DNA of 64,000 nucleotides from an uncultured Gemmataceae bacterium (GTDB lineage Bacteria > Planctomycetota > Planctomycetia > Gemmatales > Gemmataceae). This document shows positions 20,175 to 31,348 of this stretch, one piece after another. Positions within the stretch are counted from its first letter, which is position 1. Each line of letters opens with the position of its first letter. Made by a program: the position numbers and the translations under genes. The notes beneath the pieces are model-generated. The model had not been told where the DNA came from, ran no database searches, and saw nothing but the letters and a program-made list of their open reading frames with translations. Where the stretch lies: positions 960,001 to 1,024,000 of the forward strand of contig CAVVPN010000004.1 of NCBI GenBank assembly GCA_963750165.1, given 5' to 3'.

Positions 20175-20915
20175 ATGTCCGCGTCCGGTTCCGAAGAAAT
20201 CCAGCGCGTGGCCCGGGAGGTGCCGCCGGTCGGCACCGACCACTTCGACGAGTTCACCGTCCGCGACCGCATCGCGGAGTCGCCCGAGGCCCGCGCCGAC
20301 CGCATCGAGATGATCGGCGAGGAGACCGCCGCTGGCCTGACGCCCACCGCCAAAAACGAGGTCACCGCCGGCATGCGCTACCTGCACTGCAGCCGCACCG
20401 TCCACCAACTCATTGCCGACCGCAACCGCGCCGTCGCGCTCTACCTGGCCGTCGCCACCCTGCTCTGGACCGCGTCCACCGCCCTGCTCAACGCCAAACC
20501 AGACGTGGACCTGATCGTGCCGCTGCACGACCTGAAATACTGGTGCCTGCCGTTCACGTTCGGCGCGATGTGCGTGCTGGCGGTGTTCGCCGCCCTGCTG
20601 CTGACCCGCACCCGTGCCGGCCTGATCTACGAGGTCGCCAAGATGAACGCGCTGCTCGGCCTGCCCGTCGGCCGCGTCAAGCGCGTCAACCTGTTCAGCG
20701 TCTTCTTTCTGATGCAGGCCCTGATCAGCCTGACCGGCGGCTTCTCGGCGGCGCTGTTCGCGTTGCACCTGCTGGCGCTGGTCGGGTTGCAGGGCCCGGT
20801 CCTCGGCTGGCTGGCGGCGCTGGCCGGATTTCTCATGACGGTCGCCCTGCTGGCCCTGTATTTCATCACGGTGAAGGTCGTCACCTCGGACGAGAAGTTG
20901 CAAAAATACACCTGA
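20175..20915 (+). CDS. Hypothetical membrane protein
   Basis: AGGAGGAG RBS, four hydrophobic segments. Confidence 0.75.
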   Translation: MSASGSEEIQRVAREVPPVGTDHFDEFTVRDRIAESPEARADRIEMIGEETAAGLTPTAKNEVTAGMRYLHCSRTVHQLIADRNRAVALYLAVATLLWTASTALLNAKPDVDLIVPLHDLKYWCLPFTFGAMCVLAVFAALLLTRTRAGLIYEVAKMNALLGLPVGRVKRVNLFSVFFLMQALISLTGGFSAALFALHLLALVGLQGPVLGWLAALAGFLMTVALLALYFITVKVVTSDEKLQKYT

Positions 20916-20930
20916 AGTCGAGTACCCATC

Positions 20931-22486
20931 ATGTCCGAGACTGCGAACCCGGCCGGCCCGAACGTCTGCGTGGTGATCGGCCGGACGCGCCACAAGATGA
21001 TGCAGATCGAAATCCAGGAAGCCGTCAAGCGCGGCGCCGGATGATCGAGCTGCGCCTGGACTTCCTGGCCCGCGCTCCGGACTTCAAGCGGTTGTTGAAC
21101 GTGCGCGCGTGTCCGCTGGTGGCGACGGTGCGCCGCCAGAGCGACGGCGGCCGCTACACCCATCCGGAGGAAGAGCGGCAGATGCTGCTCCGTCAAGCCA
21201 TCGTCGCCGGCTTCGACTGGATCGACCTGGAGACCGACATCGCCGACCAGGTCCGCCGCTACAAGGAGGTCAAGCGCATCATCAGCTACCACAACCTGCG
21301 CGAGACGCCCGCGGACCTGGAGCAGATCCACGAGACCATGTGCAAGCAGGACGCCGATGTGGTCAAGCTCGCGGTCACCGCCACCAAACCGCAGGACAAT
21401 TTGCGCGTGCTCCGGCTGGTCAAGGACTCCGCCAAACCGACCGTTGCGTTCTGCATGGGCGACCTGGGCACCAGCAGCCGCATCCTCGGGGCGAAGTTCG
21501 GCTCACCGTTCACCTACGCCGCGTTCAACAAGGAACGCGGCATCGCCCCGGGCCTGCCGTCCTTCGACGAACTGCACAATCTTTACTGCTACGAGCGCAT
21601 CGGCCCGGAGACGGCGGTTTACGGCGTCGCTGGCGACCCGATTGGCCATAGCCTGAGTCCGCTCATCCACAACAAGGCGCTGCGGCAGTTGAACCTGGAC
21701 GCGGTGTACGTGCCGTTTCGAGTGCAGCGCAGTCTGCTGCCGGCGTTCCTCGCCAGCTTCGAGGCAATCGGTCTGCGCGGCCTGAGCGTGACGATCCCGC
21801 AGAAGGAGGCCGCTGCCACGGTGACGCCGTTGACCGACGATGTGGTGCCGCGCATCGGCGCCGCCAACACGCTGGTCCACAGCCCGGAGGGCTGGAAGGC
21901 GTACAACACCGACGCCCAGGCGGCGCTGGAGTCGCTGCTGGCGCATGTGCCGGAGTCGCCGGAGGGGCCGCTCGCCTGGCTGAAGGCGCGCAGCGTGCTG
22001 CTGCTGGGGGCCGGCGGCGCGGCCCGGGCGCTGGCGTTCGTGCTCAGCGACAAGGCCGGCATGTTGACCGTCACCAGCCGCACCCCCGAGCACGCCGCCC
22101 AGCTGGCCAGCCAGGCCAGCTGCCGCGTCGTCGATTGGGCGGCCCGGCACAACGTGCTGTGCGATCTGGTCATCAACTGCACCCCCGTCGGCATGTTCCC
22201 CAACGTCGATGAGAGCCCGCTGCACGCGAGTTTCCTGCGGCCGGAACTGATGGTCTTCGACATTGTGTACACGCCGGAGACGACGCTGCTGGTCAAGGAG
22301 GCGCGGGCGCGCGGCTGTCATGTGCTGACCGGCGTGGATATGTTCGTGCGCCAGGCGGCGCTGCAGTTCCGGCTGTTCACCGGCCAGGAGCCGCCGCTGG
22401 AACTGATGACGCAGGTGGTGCGGCGCATTCTGTCGCCGGTGGCGCTGCGCGACGAGGACGAAGCTAAACCTGCTGCCGAGCCCTGA
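20931..22486 (+). CDS. aroE: Fused type I 3-dehydroquinate dehydratase / shikimate dehydrogenase; frameshift near 21040
   Basis: VCVVIGRTRHKMM../IELRLDFL, IISYHN, GHSLSPLIHN, SVTIP, GAANTL, NTD, LLGAGGAARA. Confidence 0.9.
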
Positions 22487-22495
22487 ACGATGTCC

Positions 22496-22538
22496 GAGCC
22501 CGAGCGCCAGCGAGGGGCCCTCGCTGGCGCTCGGGCTC
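22496..22538. repeat. REP-like palindrome, family F
   Basis: gagcccgagcgccagcgaggg / ccctcgctggcgctcgggctc. Confidence 0.9.
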
Positions 22539-22557
22539 TGAGAGATGCGATTCCCCC

Positions 22558-23082
22558 ATGCGTGAGCGTCGCCTGTTCCTGATCGGCTACCGCGGCACCG
22601 GCAAGACAACCGTCGCCCGCCTGGCGGCGGTGCGCCTCGGCTGGGACTGGTGCGACGCCGATGAGGTCATCGAGGAACAGGCCGGCAAGACCATCCGCGC
22701 AATCTTCGCCGAGGAGGGCGAGGCCGGGTTCCGCGATCGTGAGGCGGCGGTGCTGGCGGAGCTGTGCCGGCGCGACCGCCACGTCATCGCCACCGGCGGC
22801 GGCGTGGTGCTGCGACCGGAGAACCGCGCCCGGCTGCGCGAGGCTGGCCGCGTCGTCTGGCTGACCGCTGACGCCGAGACGCTGTGGCAACGCATGCTCG
22901 CGGACCCGGAGACGGCGGAGCGGCGGCCGCCGTTGACGGTCGGCGGCCTGGCGGAGGTGGAGGAGTTGCTGCGACGGCGGGAGCCGTGGTATCGGGCCTG
23001 TGCGGACGAGGTGGTGGACACGGTGGGCCGCGGCCCCGAGGAAGTGGCGGCCCTGGTGGCGCCGCGGGGGGTGCCGTCGTGA
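22558..23082 (+). CDS. aroK: Shikimate kinase
   Basis: LIGYRGTGKTT, GEAGFRDRE, VIATGGG. Confidence 0.95.
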   Translation: MRERRLFLIGYRGTGKTTVARLAAVRLGWDWCDADEVIEEQAGKTIRAIFAEEGEAGFRDREAAVLAELCRRDRHVIATGGGVVLRPENRARLREAGRVVWLTADAETLWQRMLADPETAERRPPLTVGGLAEVEELLRRREPWYRACADEVVDTVGRGPEEVAALVAPRGVPS

Positions 23083-24176
23083 TGTCGATGGTGCCGTTCT
23101 GGCTGCTGGGCGCGTTCGTCCTTGGCGTCTGCGTCGGCAGCTTCCTCAACGTCTGCATCGCCCGACTGCCGTATGAAAAGAGCCTCCTCTGGCCCGGCTC
23201 CACCTGCTTTAGTTGTTTGCAGCCGGTGCGCTGGTATGACAACATCCCGATCTTCAGTTACCTGATTCTGCGCGGCCGCTGTCGCAACTGTGGCAAGCGC
23301 TTTTCGTCGCGCTATCTGTTCGTCGAACTGCTCACCGGCCTGGGTTTCGTGGGCCTGTTTTACGCGGAGCTCGTCGTCAACATTCATCACTGGTCGGTGC
23401 CGCGCGGCCGCCAGTTTGAGATCGAGCTGGGCATCTACCCGTGGCAGTGGTTCATCGTCTGGGGCTGGCATGCGGTGCTGTTCTCGTTTCTGCTGGTCGC
23501 GTCAGTGTGCGACCTTGACGACATGACCATCCCCGGATCGCTGATTGTGGTGGGCACGGTCATCGGGCTGGCGGGCTGCGTGCTGATGCCGTGGCCGTGG
23601 CCGCGGACGCTGGGCGAGGCGCTGCCGTTGCCGCGGCCGTCCATCCCGGCGGGCCTGCAGTGGCTGATGCCGCAGGGCGGCCTGAAGGACGGCGTGTATC
23701 CCTGGCCGGTGTGGGGGCCGCTGCCGTCGTTCCTGGCGCCCGGGGCGAACTGGCAGACCGGCCTGGCGACCGGCGTGGCCGGCGTCCTGGTCGGCACGTT
23801 TCTGCTGCGCGGCGTCAGTTTCGTGGCCTCCAAGGGCCTCAACAAGGAAGCGCTGGGCATCGGCGACGCCGACCTGATGGTGCTGGCCGGCGCCTTCCTG
23901 GGCTGGCAGCCGGTGGTGATCGCCTTCTTCCTCAGTGTGTTCCCGGCGCTGGTGTTCGGGGCCGTGCGCTACGCCATCTACCGCGACAATCGGCTGCCGT
24001 TCGGCCCGGCGCTGGCGCTGGGCGTGATCGCGTCCTGGCTGGGCTGGCGCTGGATCGGGCCATATGTGCAGCCGATGATGTTCTGGGGCGAGATGCTTTT
24101 CTGGTGCGTCGTCGGCGGCGGGTGTTTCATGTTCCTGGCGAGCCTGCTGCTGCGCCGACGGCCGCCGCCGGAATGA
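23082..24176 (+). CDS. Prepilin peptidase (A24)
   Basis: GSFLNVCIARLP, CxxC..CxxC, CDLD, LGIGDADL, PFGPAL. Confidence 0.9.
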   Translation: MSMVPFWLLGAFVLGVCVGSFLNVCIARLPYEKSLLWPGSTCFSCLQPVRWYDNIPIFSYLILRGRCRNCGKRFSSRYLFVELLTGLGFVGLFYAELVVNIHHWSVPRGRQFEIELGIYPWQWFIVWGWHAVLFSFLLVASVCDLDDMTIPGSLIVVGTVIGLAGCVLMPWPWPRTLGEALPLPRPSIPAGLQWLMPQGGLKDGVYPWPVWGPLPSFLAPGANWQTGLATGVAGVLVGTFLLRGVSFVASKGLNKEALGIGDADLMVLAGAFLGWQPVVIAFFLSVFPALVFGAVRYAIYRDNRLPFGPALALGVIASWLGWRWIGPYVQPMMFWGEMLFWCVVGGGCFMFLASLLLRRRPPPE

Positions 24177-24221
24177 CGAGAGCGGGGTCGCGTCAGCGCC
24201 CCGCTCGCCCGGAGAAAACCC

Positions 24222-24839
24222 ATGACCCCCTCCATCTGCATCATCGACTACGGCATGGCCAACCTGCGCAGCGTGCAGAAGGCCCTGGAGCGCGTCGGCG
24301 CCGCCGCGGTCATCAGCGGCGATCCCAACCGCGTCGCCGAGGCCGACAAGATCGTGCTGCCGGGCGTCGGCGCCTTCCGCGACGCCATTCGCCGGTTGCA
24401 CGAGGCACACCTCGTCGAGCCGATCCTGACGCACCTGCGGCGCGGCAAGCCGTTCCTTGGCATCTGTCTCGGCCTGCAACTGCTGTTCACGCGCAGCCAC
24501 GAGGACGGCGTCCACGCCGGGCTCGACGTGCTACCCGGCGAGGTCGTCTGCTTCCCGCCCACCCCCGGGCTCAAGGTGCCGCACATGGGCTGGAACCAGC
24601 TCCGCGTCCGCCGCCCCGCCCCGCTGCTGCGCGACCTGCCCGCCGAGCCCAGCGTCTACTTCGTCCACTCGTACTACGTGGTGCCGCGCGATCCGACCGT
24701 CGTCGCCACGGAAACCGACTACCCGACACCGTTCGCGTCCGCGGTCTGGAGCGACAACCTCTTCGCCACGCAGTTCCACCCGGAAAAAAGTCAGCGTGTC
24801 GGTCTGTCGCTCCTTCACAACTTCGTCACGATACGTTAA
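24222..24839 (+). CDS. hisH: Imidazole glycerol phosphate synthase, glutaminase subunit
   Basis: [31 protein letters not shown]. Confidence 0.95.
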   Translation: MTPSICIIDYGMANLRSVQKALERVGAAAVISGDPNRVAEADKIVLPGVGAFRDAIRRLHEAHLVEPILTHLRRGKPFLGICLGLQLLFTRSHEDGVHAGLDVLPGEVVCFPPTPGLKVPHMGWNQLRVRRPAPLLRDLPAEPSVYFVHSYYVVPRDPTVVATETDYPTPFASAVWSDNLFATQFHPEKSQRVGLSLLHNFVTIR

Positions 24840-24866
24840 ACTGAGCCACATCTGAGGAGACGAAGC

Positions 24867-25583
24867 ATGCTCATCCTGCCTGCGATCGACCTGCGCGGTG
24901 GTCAGTGTGTCCGACTGCGACAGGGCGATTACGCACAGGAAACGGTCTTCGGCGCGGACCCGACGGCGATGGCGCTACGGTTCGCGCGACAGGGCGCACC
25001 GTGGCTGCACGTCGTGGACCTCGACGGCGCCCGTGATGGCTACCCGGTCAACGCCGCGGCAGTTCGCAGTATTCTGCGAGCCGTCGCGGTGCCGGTGCAG
25101 TTCGGCGGCGGCCTTCGCAGTGCGGAGCACGTCGCCGAGGTGTTCGGCTGGGGCGTGGCGCGTGTGGTGCTGGGCACCCGGGCCCTCAAGGATCCCGACG
25201 GCTTCCGACAACTGTGCGAGCGCTTCCCGGGCAAGGTCGCCCTGGGCCTCGACGCCCGGCACGGCCGCGTCGCCGCGGAGGGCTGGGCGGAGGTGTCGGA
25301 GGTATCGGCGCTGGACCTGGCGACGCAGTGCGCCGCCTGGCCGCTGGCCGCCATCGTCTACACCGACATCAACCGCGACGGCATGATGGCCGGGCCGAAC
25401 CTGGAAGCGGTCGGCCAGCTGCGTGCGGCCGTGGACGTGCCGGTGATCGCCTCGGGCGGTGTCACGACGCTGGACGACGTGCGCCGGCTGGCGGCGCTCA
25501 AGGTCGCCGGCTGCATCGTCGGCCGGGCGCTCTATGAGGGTCGGTTGGATCTGCCGGGCATGCTGGCCGCGGCGTCAAGCTGA
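24867..25583 (+). CDS. hisA: ProFAR isomerase
   Basis: PAIDLRGGQCVRLRQG, HVVDLDGA, TDINRDGMMAG. Confidence 0.95.
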   Translation: MLILPAIDLRGGQCVRLRQGDYAQETVFGADPTAMALRFARQGAPWLHVVDLDGARDGYPVNAAAVRSILRAVAVPVQFGGGLRSAEHVAEVFGWGVARVVLGTRALKDPDGFRQLCERFPGKVALGLDARHGRVAAEGWAEVSEVSALDLATQCAAWPLAAIVYTDINRDGMMAGPNLEAVGQLRAAVDVPVIASGGVTTLDDVRRLAALKVAGCIVGRALYEGRLDLPGMLAAASS

Positions 25584-25610
25584 CGCGGCGGCTCCTCTCC
25601 CTGCTCCGTT

Positions 25611-25717
25611 GTGGCACGGTCTCCGGACCGTGCCACCGGATCGGACCGAAGGTCTCCCTGTCAAAAGCGAGGAGACCTTCGGTCGAGCCGAGTGGCCTGG
25701 TCCGGAGACCAGGTCAC
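25611..25717. repeat. Composite palindrome related to family C
   Basis: gtggcacggtctccggaccgtgccac + gaccgaaggtctcc/ggagaccttcggtc + gtggcctggtccggagaccaggtcac. Confidence 0.75.
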
Positions 25718-25772
25718 ACCGGGGCGGGGGCCTCTCCCTTTGCATCTGTCAGATTCATACTGGAGATTTGCA

Positions 25773-27919
25773 ATGGCCAAGCATCGGGTTGAAGACGTAC
25801 GAACGGTCGCCCTCGTCGGACATGAGCAGGCCGGGAAGACCACCCTGGCGGACGACCTGCTGTTCAAGGCCAGGGCGGTGGAGCGCCGCGGCAGCGTGGA
25901 CGACGGCACCAGCGTGTCCGACTTCGAGGACGAGGAAAAGCGCGTCAAGTATTCCATCGACACCAGCGTGCTGCACCTGGAATACAAGGGCAAGTTGATC
26001 CACCTGCTGGACGCCCCGGGCAAGCCGGAGTTCGTCGGCGCCGCTCTGGGGGCGCTGAACGCGGTGGACACCGCCATCATCGTCATCAACGGCGCCGCGG
26101 GCATCCAGGTCAACACGCGGCGCATGTTCCAGGAGGCCGGCAAGCGCGGTCTGGGGCGCGTCATTGTCATCAACAAGATGGACGCCGACAACATCCACTT
26201 CCCCGAGCTACTGCAGAACATCCAGGCCACGTTCGGCAAGGGCTGTGCGTTGTGGGACGCGCCGATCGGTCAGGGCGCATCGTTCACTGGCGACGTGGAC
26301 GTGTTCCACCCGCCCGCGGTCATTCCCGCCGGCTGTCTGGTGGACGTGGCCGCGGCCCGGGCCCGGCTGGTGGACTGCATCGTCGAGAGCGACGAGCAGT
26401 TGATGGAAAAGTTCCTGGGCGAAGGCGACATCAGCCCGGAGGAGCTGGCCGCCGCCATGCCGCAGGCCATCGCCGCCGAGAGCGTCGTGCCGATCTTCTG
26501 CACCTCCGCGAAGAAGGACCTCGGCGTCGAGGAACTGCTCGACGCCATCGTGGACTTCATGCCGTCGCCGGCGCAGGCGAAGAAGCGCACCGCCCAGAAG
26601 GGGCAGAACGGTCAGGTCCAGGAGGTGGCGCTGGAGCCGAAGGAGTCCGGCGAGTTCGTGGCCCAGGTGTTCAAGACCAACAACGACAAGTTCGTCGGCA
26701 ACCTGGCGTACTTCCGCGTGCTGTCGGGCCGGGCCAGCGTCGATCAGCCGTTCGTGAACCTGCGCACCGGCAAGCAATCGAAGACGGCCGGCTTCCTGCT
26801 GATGCAGGGCAAGGGCCAGCAGACTGTCACCGAGGCTGGCCCCGGCGACATCGTGGCCGTGGCCAAGGTCGAGGATCTGCACATCGGCGACACCCTCGGC
26901 GCTAACGCCAACGCGCCGCGGCTGCCCAAGCCGGTCTACCCAACGCCGATGTACGGCCTGGCGGTTGAGCCGAAGGCGCGCGGCGACGAGCAGAAGATTT
27001 CGACGAGCCTGGCGAAGATCGCCGACGAGGATCCGACCTTCAAGGTCAGCCGCGACGCGCAGACGAAGGAGATGGTCATCACCGGCATGAGCCAGCTGCA
27101 CCTGGACACGGTGCAGCACCGGCTGAAGCGGCGTTACGACCTGGAAGTCATCACGCACGAGCCGAAGATCCCCTACCGCGAGACGATCACGGGCAACGCC
27201 GAGGCCAGCCATCGCCACAAGAAGCAGTCCGGCGGCCGCGGCCAGTTCGGCGAGGTCCACCTGCGCGTCTACCCGCTGCCGCGTGAGATCGACAGCAAGG
27301 AAAAACTGGAGTCCGAGTACGCCACCAAGGAGCGCTTCGAGAAGCTGCGCATCGACCACACGCACTTCGACGAGCAGCACCGTTTCGCGTTCCTTGACAC
27401 GGTGGTCGGCGGCTCGATCCCGAACCAGTTCATCCCGGCGATCGAGAAGGGCTGCAAGGAACTGCTGGAGCGCGGGCGCTGGCAGGCTACCCCATCGAGA
27501 ACGTGGCAGTGGAGGTGTTCTTCGGCAAGGACCATCCGGTGGACAGCTCGGAAGCGGCGTTCAAGACGGCCGGCCGCATCGCTTTCAAGAACGCCTTTTT
27601 GTCGGCGCATCCGGTGCTGCTGGAGCCGATGGTGCATCTGGAGGTGACGGTGCCGTCGCGCTTCACCGGCAACATCCTGAGCGACCTGAACACGAAGCGC
27701 TGCCGGGTGGAGAACCAGGACCAACTGCCAGGTGATCTGGCGGTAATCAAGGCGCTGGGGCCGCTGGCGGAGCTGACGCGCTACAAGGCGGCGCTGGACA
27801 GCATCACGCAGGGCCAGGGCTCGTACACGATGGAGTTCAGCCATTACGACGTGGTGCCGGGCAACGTCCAGGCCAACATCGTCAAGCACGCCAAGCTAGC
27901 CGCGGACGAGGAGGATTAA
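25773..27919 (+). CDS. Elongation factor G paralogue (EF-G2-like); frameshift near 27475
   Basis: GHEQAGKTT, DAPGK, NKMD, EDPTF, HKKQSGGRGQFG, VDSSEAAFK; stand-alone, not in a str operon. Confidence 0.9.
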
Positions 27920-27925
27920 AAAAGA

Positions 27926-27968
27926 GAATTCACCACGGAGCGCGCTCCGCGTGCTCCGTGGTGAATTC
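27926..27968. repeat. Hairpin between convergent genes, possibly a terminator
   Basis: 16-bp arms gaattcaccacggagc / gctccgtggtgaattc. Confidence 0.75.
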
Positions 27969-27976
27969 CTCCGGGG

Positions 27977-28819
27977 TCAGCGCCCCGACGCCGCGACGGG
28001 GACGTAGCGCTGGATGCGGAACGTGGCGGCGTTCTGCCGCAGCCACTGCTGGGCGGCCGCCGGGAAGTCCTGGAAATTCTGCGGCGGCGTCCAGCCGTCC
28101 TTCGCCGTGATGCCGAGCCGGCCGAACAGGTAGCGGCCATTGAGCGGGTCGAGCGGGCTCGCCTGCCAGTTGGCCTCCGCCACCGCCATCAGGATCAGCT
28201 TGCTCTCGTCGGCGTTGATCGGCTCGGTCTTCTTCGAGAAGGTGCCGCGGTACGTGCCGATCAGCAGGGCCGCGGTCTGCACACGATCCGCGGCAGTCGA
28301 GGAGCGCAGGCTCTCCAGCGGCGCCCGCAGCAGCCTGACCTTGTGCTTGACCTTGGTGATTTCGTTGGCGAACGTCTGGCCGTTGGGGTCGCGCAGGACC
28401 ACGCCCGGCATCCCGACCAGCTGATACACCGGCTCCTTGAAGTGTTTGGTCAGGTAGAACAGCCCTTCCTGACCGGTCTTGAGTTCCGGGTTGCGCGGCA
28501 ACCGCGGCAGCTTGATCTTCGGGTTCACGGTCGGGGGCAGCTGGAAGGCGATGCGTACCGTCTGGACGCGCTCGGTGCCCTTGATCGTGTCGCTGACCTT
28601 GACGACCGCGACCTTGTACTTCACTGTGGCCGGCCCGTTGGGCGTGAACGGCAGGTCGATGTCCTTGTCCTCAATGGCCGTGACCGTGCCGACGACCACA
28701 ACCTGCGCCAGCACCAGCCGATCCGGCCCCGTCGGCCGCGCCACGACTCCGGCACGTGCTGCCGCCGTCACCGCCAGGCAGCCCAGGCCCAGCACCAAAC
28801 CCACCCACAATCGTCGCAT
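27977..28819 (-). CDS. Secreted hypothetical protein
   Basis: Signal peptide (AARA), VVVVGTVTAIE, LKTGQEGLFYL. Confidence 0.7.
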   Translation of the reverse strand: MRRLWVGLVLGLGCLAVTAAARAGVVARPTGPDRLVLAQVVVVGTVTAIEDKDIDLPFTPNGPATVKYKVAVVKVSDTIKGTERVQTVRIAFQLPPTVNPKIKLPRLPRNPELKTGQEGLFYLTKHFKEPVYQLVGMPGVVLRDPNGQTFANEITKVKHKVRLLRAPLESLRSSTAADRVQTAALLIGTYRGTFSKKTEPINADESKLILMAVAEANWQASPLDPLNGRYLFGRLGITAKDGWTPPQNFQDFPAAAQQWLRQNAATFRIQRYVPVAASGR

Positions 28820-28953
28820 CAGGGTGCTCCTTTGTAAAATGATGATCGCCTCGGATGTTGATTCGACGAACCAGCCCGGTTCACGGATTGCCCTGCCCCG
28901 TAATATTATGACAGGAACTAATTCTGTCGAGCCAAATCGTGAGCACTGATTGC

Positions 28954-30156
28954 ATGAGTATTCCCGATCCTGCCGCCGCGCCGGCGGCAGCGCTTGCGCT
29001 GCCGGTGGTGCGTCTGAAGATTCAACGGCGTTCTGGTCACCCCTGGGTGTTCCAGAAGATGGTGGAGAAGCCGGCGACGCGGCTGCCCGGCGGCAGCGTC
29101 GTGGACATCGTGGACCGCGACGAGACCTGGGTGGGCCGCGGCTTCTACAACGGCCATTCGCGGATCGCCCTGCGTGTGCTGACGGCCGACCGCGCCGAGG
29201 CCATCGACGCCGACTTTTTCGCGCGGCGGCTGGCGCGGGCGGTGGCCCTGCGGCGCGACTGGCTGAAGCTGGACGCAGTCAGCGACGCCTACCGCCTGGT
29301 GCATTCGGAAGGCGACGACCTGAGCGGCCTGGTGGTGGACCGCTTCGGCGACACGCTGGTGCTGGAGTTTTTCGCGGCGGGCATGTCCCGCTGGCGCGAA
29401 GCGATCACCGCGGCGCTAACGGCTCACTTCCCGGACAGCCGCTTCTACTGGTTCGCCGAGGAGCACGTGCAGAAGCAGGAGTCGTTCGACTGCCGGCCGC
29501 CGGAACCGCCACCGCCGACGGTCATCCGCGAGCACGGCCTGCGCTTCCGGGTGGCGCCGGGCAGCAAGCACAAGACGGGCTTTTTCCTGGACCAGCGCGA
29601 CAACCGGCGGGCGCTGGCGGACTTCTGCGGCGGCAAGCGCGTGCTGGACCTGTGCTGCAACACAGGCGGTTTCGCGGTGTACGCCAAGGCGCTGGGCGGC
29701 GCGGACGAGGTGACTGGTGTGGACCTGGACGAGCAGGTGCTGGCGCTGGCGAAGCAAAACGCGAACCTGAACCAGGCGCGCGTGCGGTTCGTGCAGGCGG
29801 ACCTGTTCGCGTGGCTGCGCGAGGTGCTGCCGGGCGGCCAGCGCTTCGACGTGGTGGTGCTCGACCCGTCGAAGCAGACGCGCGACCGCGAGGAACTGGA
29901 CTACGCGCTGAAGCGCTACTTCGACATGAACAAGCTGGCGCTGCAGGCGGTGGCGCCGGGCGGCATCTTGCTGACGTGCTCCTGTACGGGGCTGGTGAGC
30001 GAGGCCGACTTTTTGGAGGCGCTGCGGCGGGCGGCGTGGCAGGCGAACCGGCGGGTGCAGGTGCTGCGCGTCGGCGGGGCGGCGGCGGACCACCCGTATC
30101 TGTTGCAGGTGCCGGAGGGGCGGTATTTGAAGGCGGTGTTCTGTCGGGTCGAGTAA
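28954..30156 (+). CDS. rlmI: RlmI-like 23S rRNA m5C methyltransferase
   Basis: GHPWVF, RLVHSEGDDLSGLVVDRF, HKTGFFLDQRDNR, VVLDP, YLK. Confidence 0.85.
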   Translation: MSIPDPAAAPAAALALPVVRLKIQRRSGHPWVFQKMVEKPATRLPGGSVVDIVDRDETWVGRGFYNGHSRIALRVLTADRAEAIDADFFARRLARAVALRRDWLKLDAVSDAYRLVHSEGDDLSGLVVDRFGDTLVLEFFAAGMSRWREAITAALTAHFPDSRFYWFAEEHVQKQESFDCRPPEPPPPTVIREHGLRFRVAPGSKHKTGFFLDQRDNRRALADFCGGKRVLDLCCNTGGFAVYAKALGGADEVTGVDLDEQVLALAKQNANLNQARVRFVQADLFAWLREVLPGGQRFDVVVLDPSKQTRDREELDYALKRYFDMNKLALQAVAPGGILLTCSCTGLVSEADFLEALRRAAWQANRRVQVLRVGGAAADHPYLLQVPEGRYLKAVFCRVE

Positions 30157-30213
30157 AATCAGTTGTCGATTGGTGTGAGCGAGCCGTCGCACTCGTGTCC
30201 GAGGATCGAGCGC

Positions 30214-30432
30214 ATGATGTACCGAGTTCCCCTGGTGTTCACTCCGCAGCCGGAGGGCGGTTATACCGTTACCTCACCCGCGCTGCCGGAACTGCTGACG
30301 GAAGGCGACCCCCTGGAAGCAGCCAAGGCCAACGTCCAAGACGCCTTCGAGGCGGTCGTCGAACTCTATGCGGAGCAGAAGCGGGCGCTGCCGACGAGTA
30401 TCTCCCTTCCCCCGCCCGATGAGGTCGTCTGA
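30214..30432 (+). CDS. HicB-family antitoxin, no adjacent hicA
   Basis: PQPEGGYTVTSPALPELLTEGD..EAAKANVQDA. Confidence 0.75.
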   Translation: MMYRVPLVFTPQPEGGYTVTSPALPELLTEGDPLEAAKANVQDAFEAVVELYAEQKRALPTSISLPPPDEVV

Positions 30433-30461
30433 AGCGAAGTCGGGTTCTTGAGGATTCATCC

Positions 30462-31208
30462 ATGACGGCGGATTCCGCGAAAGATACCGGCGACCTTCGC
30501 GTTAGCTGTGAGTGCGGTAAATGGCTCCCCGTCGAGGCAAGCGCGGCCGGCACCGCGATCACCTGCCCGTGCGGCGGCCGGGTCGTGGTGCCGCTGCTGG
30601 AGGAGTTCCGGGTGCGCCCGCACTTGCTGTCCGCCGCGTCCATCGAGCGCCGGGTCCGCCGCTTAATTGCCGCCGGCGAACTACCGGCCGCCGACACCTG
30701 CGCCTGCTGTGGCGCCGAACAGGCGGAGGTGGTACGCATCGAACTGGAGTGCGAGCGCTACACCGCCCGCGCTTATGGGGGCGAGCGTTTCCTGATCCTG
30801 CCGGTGTTTTCTTTCGTGTTCTGGATGACGTGGCGGGAAGAGGAGCGGGTGGAAGTCCGCGGCCGGGATACCGACGTTCCGGCGCCCGTCTGCCTGTGTG
30901 CGCTGTGCAAGAGTCGCTTCTACCGCCGCGCTGGTTGGGCCTATCCCGCATTGACGGCCCTGGCTGTGGCCGCGGGCGGTCTGGTCGCCCTGGCCCTGTT
31001 CCTGGGCGAATTGCCGGTGTATCTCGACGTGCTCGCCGGCCTGGGGGTGGTTCTGATTGGACTGCTCGGCCTGGCATTGTGGCGGCGCCGGGACTTCCAG
31101 TCGCGGCAGCGGCAGCTCAAGGCCCTGCTCAGCCAGGTGCCCCTGTACCGGCAGGTGCTGGAGCGTTACCGGAATGCCCTTGTCGTTCTGCCGCCGGAAG
31201 CGCCATGA
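30462..31208 (+). CDS. Hypothetical membrane protein with Cys-rich Zn-ribbon-like motifs
   Basis: CECG..CPCG, CACC, CLCALC, two C-terminal TM segments. Confidence 0.6.
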   Translation: MTADSAKDTGDLRVSCECGKWLPVEASAAGTAITCPCGGRVVVPLLEEFRVRPHLLSAASIERRVRRLIAAGELPAADTCACCGAEQAEVVRIELECERYTARAYGGERFLILPVFSFVFWMTWREEERVEVRGRDTDVPAPVCLCALCKSRFYRRAGWAYPALTALAVAAGGLVALALFLGELPVYLDVLAGLGVVLIGLLGLALWRRRDFQSRQRQLKALLSQVPLYRQVLERYRNALVVLPPEAP

Positions 31209-31348
31209 TGCCGGCGGGAAACTGCCGCGGCTCACGCCAGCCCGCGCACCAGGTCGCCCGTATACAGCGCGCTGGGCATCACCTCACACTCCGCCCAGCA
31301 GCCGACGCAGCCGTCCACCCATTCCCGGGCCACCGCTTTTCCCCCACC

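Noticed and set aside
30430..30432. Selenocysteine or readthrough at the HicB TGA
   Set aside because: No Cys-equivalent context or recognisable SECIS
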